Shown one piece after another: positions 30,010 to 32,024 of a stretch of DNA of 32,024 bases (the first letter of the stretch is position 1; each line of letters opens with the position of its first letter). The notes under the pieces were generated by a model that was not told where the DNA came from, made no database searches, and was given only the letters and a program-made list of their open reading frames with translations. A program made the position numbers and the translations under genes. This DNA comes from Trichomonas gallinae (taxonomy: Eukaryota). The stretch spans positions 1 through 32,024 of the forward strand of contig MRSU01010033.1 in NCBI GenBank assembly GCA_008369845.1. Direction: 5' to 3'.

Positions 30010-31437
30010 ATGAGTAGTCAAAGTGTTATTGGTTCCCCAATAACCTCGGCTGTTGAAGTCGAAATTGAGGTAGTCAATCACTTAAGAATGTCTTTCAATG
30101 AAAATTCCGGACTTTTATCGATTGATACAAAAGATGAAAATAGTAATATCGAAAATATCACTAATCGAAAAAATTTTCTAGTCATTTTACAGACTACTGC
30201 AGACAGATTCATTGCAAGCATCATAGCACATATATATCGCTTTAAAAATTCAGCGAAATCAAAAATCATAACAAATGGTTCGTATAAATTAGGTTCATGG
30301 ACGGATGATTCTGATCTTGATGTTGTCGTACTTTTCCCGCCTTGGATAGAAACTCATCAATTTTTTGATAATTTCGATTTATATTTAGGAAAAATTCATG
30401 GAGTTACGTACATAAAAAAGATAAAAGACGCATACGTTCCACTCATTAAAGTCGTTTTCAATGATATGAAAGTTGATATATCATTTGCAAAATATTTTTC
30501 GGATGAAATTCCACAAAATTTCGTTAATTTAACCAATGATCAGATATCTCGTCTCGACCATACCTCTCAACTATCCATAAACAGCCTTAGAAACAATGAA
30601 TTTATCTTAAATTACGTTCCTGTCTTATCCAATTTCCAGATGTTGGCAAAATTTATCAGATTCTGGGCAAAACAGAGATACATGTTCGGAAATATGTACG
30701 GGTTTTTGGGTGGTATCAATATTGCAATCCTTGCGGCTTTCATATGCAAAAGATATCCAGATTCACAGTTTAATGAGCTGCTCTATAGGTTTTTCGAAGA
30801 ATATTCGAAATGGGACTGGTCGAAACCCATCAAATTGAATGACGAAACATATGATTTTGCAGACGATCAAATCCAGATTTTAACTCCCTGCTATCCTACG
30901 ATCAATAGTTCCCGCGCAGCCACGGCAAGCACCAAAGCATTGATCATTAAAGAATTCCAAAGGGCAGAATCCATGACACGTTCAATTTTAATCAAAGATA
31001 TTCCATGGGAAGTCCTTTGCCAGCCCCGAAATTTCTTCTCTGACTACAAGTTTTTCATAGCAACTGACATTAAATGCTCCGACTCAAAGATTTTAGATGA
31101 CGTTTCAGGATATATTAATTCAAAGCTTGTTCGTTTCACGAAGTTACTCGAAATTATACCTGGTGTTGCAACAGCTGTCATATACCCACAAATTATATCA
31201 AAGAATGAAAAGAAAATTAGTTATATAGGAATTAACACAGACAAAAGCGTTTCATCTAAGATAGATGTTAGTCCAGCCAAAGATCAATTTCTTAAACATG
31301 TCCTTCCTAATATCCACAGTGGATTAGTTAATATATCAATTCGCTTGATAAAGAGAAGTCATATCGAACTTGAGGATATTCCTCACGAATCCTCTACTAA
31401 TAGACATCTCAACATGAAGAAATTACACTTTATTTAA
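30010..31437 (+). CDS. Canonical-type poly(A) polymerase family protein, 475 aa
   Basis: Nucleotidyltransferase motif GSYKLG...SDLDVVV, then DAYVPLIKVVF...VDISFA. Central-domain motifs FIRFWAKQRYMFGNMYGFLGGI, FFEEYSKWDWSKPIKL and ILTPCYPTINSS, followed by a C-terminal RNA-binding-like domain. The first ATG is at 30010; the ORF track starts at a TTG. Confidence 0.9.
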   Translation: MSSQSVIGSPITSAVEVEIEVVNHLRMSFNENSGLLSIDTKDENSNIENITNRKNFLVILQTTADRFIASIIAHIYRFKNSAKSKIITNGSYKLGSWTDDSDLDVVVLFPPWIETHQFFDNFDLYLGKIHGVTYIKKIKDAYVPLIKVVFNDMKVDISFAKYFSDEIPQNFVNLTNDQISRLDHTSQLSINSLRNNEFILNYVPVLSNFQMLAKFIRFWAKQRYMFGNMYGFLGGINIAILAAFICKRYPDSQFNELLYRFFEEYSKWDWSKPIKLNDETYDFADDQIQILTPCYPTINSSRAATASTKALIIKEFQRAESMTRSILIKDIPWEVLCQPRNFFSDYKFFIATDIKCSDSKILDDVSGYINSKLVRFTKLLEIIPGVATAVIYPQIISKNEKKISYIGINTDKSVSSKIDVSPAKDQFLKHVLPNIHSGLVNISIRLIKRSHIELEDIPHESSTNRHLNMKKLHFI

Positions 31438-31951
31438 TCTTATTTATTTTTTGTTTGTATTTTATAAAGTTTTATATTATATTTGTTTGAATTTCATTAT
31501 TTCAATAGCACCAGCAATTCAACGCTTCATATAAATAAAATTCGAGATTTCAAGACAAAAGATTGATCTGAAAAAATCTAATTTTGCTTGATATTGTTCT
31601 AATTCCATCTTGACTAACTATTTATCTATTACTTTTATCAGGAATCTTCAGACTGTGTCCCAATAATATTATTTTTACCAGCATCATAGTTTTCACTTGT
31701 AGATATATGGAGCACTTATAAAGATATTATTTCTTTTGTCGTCACCTAAGACAACCAGAAGACTGTATGGACGCCATGAGAGTGCTTTTGTATGAAATCT
31801 GAATTTGTTGTTTTTGTGTGCAATTGCAAATATTTCAACTGCTATCATTATTCATCGCAAAACAGGGGAAGTGATTTCTATAGCAAATCATATGATGAGG
31901 ATTTACTTCTGTATGAATGATATACATATATAGGCAACATTATTTTGAATA

Positions 31952-32024
31952 GAGTGGCAAGAAAAAAGGGCAGACGCCGGAAAAAAGGGCAGACAAAAAT
32001 CACCTTAAATCTTTAATTGATAAA
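31952..32024. repeat. GC-richer segment with a 15-nt direct repeat; possible transposon terminus truncated by the window edge
   Basis: GAAAAAAGGGCAGAC occurs at 31961-31975 and 31980-31994. No partner end or transposase is visible in the window. Confidence 0.35.

Noticed and set aside
31500..31900. Moderately GC-containing stretch that may be a decayed - strand gene
   Set aside because: Only short broken frames with no identifiable family.

Overview
This is AT-rich eukaryotic genomic DNA with compact, essentially intronless genes. The A-rich ATG contexts, a TCAYT initiator, UAA stops doubling as UAAA poly(A) signals, and the Pmp-like and ankyrin gene families point to a parabasalid such as Trichomonas vaginalis or a close relative (inference). 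In order, the window holds a decayed ankyrin-repeat gene, a Pmp-like surface protein (-), TOR kinase, RRP1/Nop52, a CDK8-like kinase, a low-complexity UBAP2L/Def1-like candidate, CLASP (-), a WD40 protein (-) head-to-head with a small ORF, a His-rich CDF zinc transporter, an ankyrin-repeat gene, Cdc25, NME7 (-) and a poly(A) polymerase. Possible repeat termini lie at both window edges. The most notable observation is in the otherwise intact ankyrin gene at 24790..26264. It is interrupted by an exactly 17-nt AT-rich insert with no GT-AG ends, and removing it restores both the reading frame and the 33-residue period. This suggests a non-canonical micro-intron or translational recoding. The Pmp-like gene also needs a -1 shift at the same ATATTTTT string. 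Other points are a TOR FRB domain with Phe at the rapamycin-critical Ser position, a TGTCA-motif array in a 160-bp bidirectional promoter, and a 15-bp perfect intergenic hairpin.
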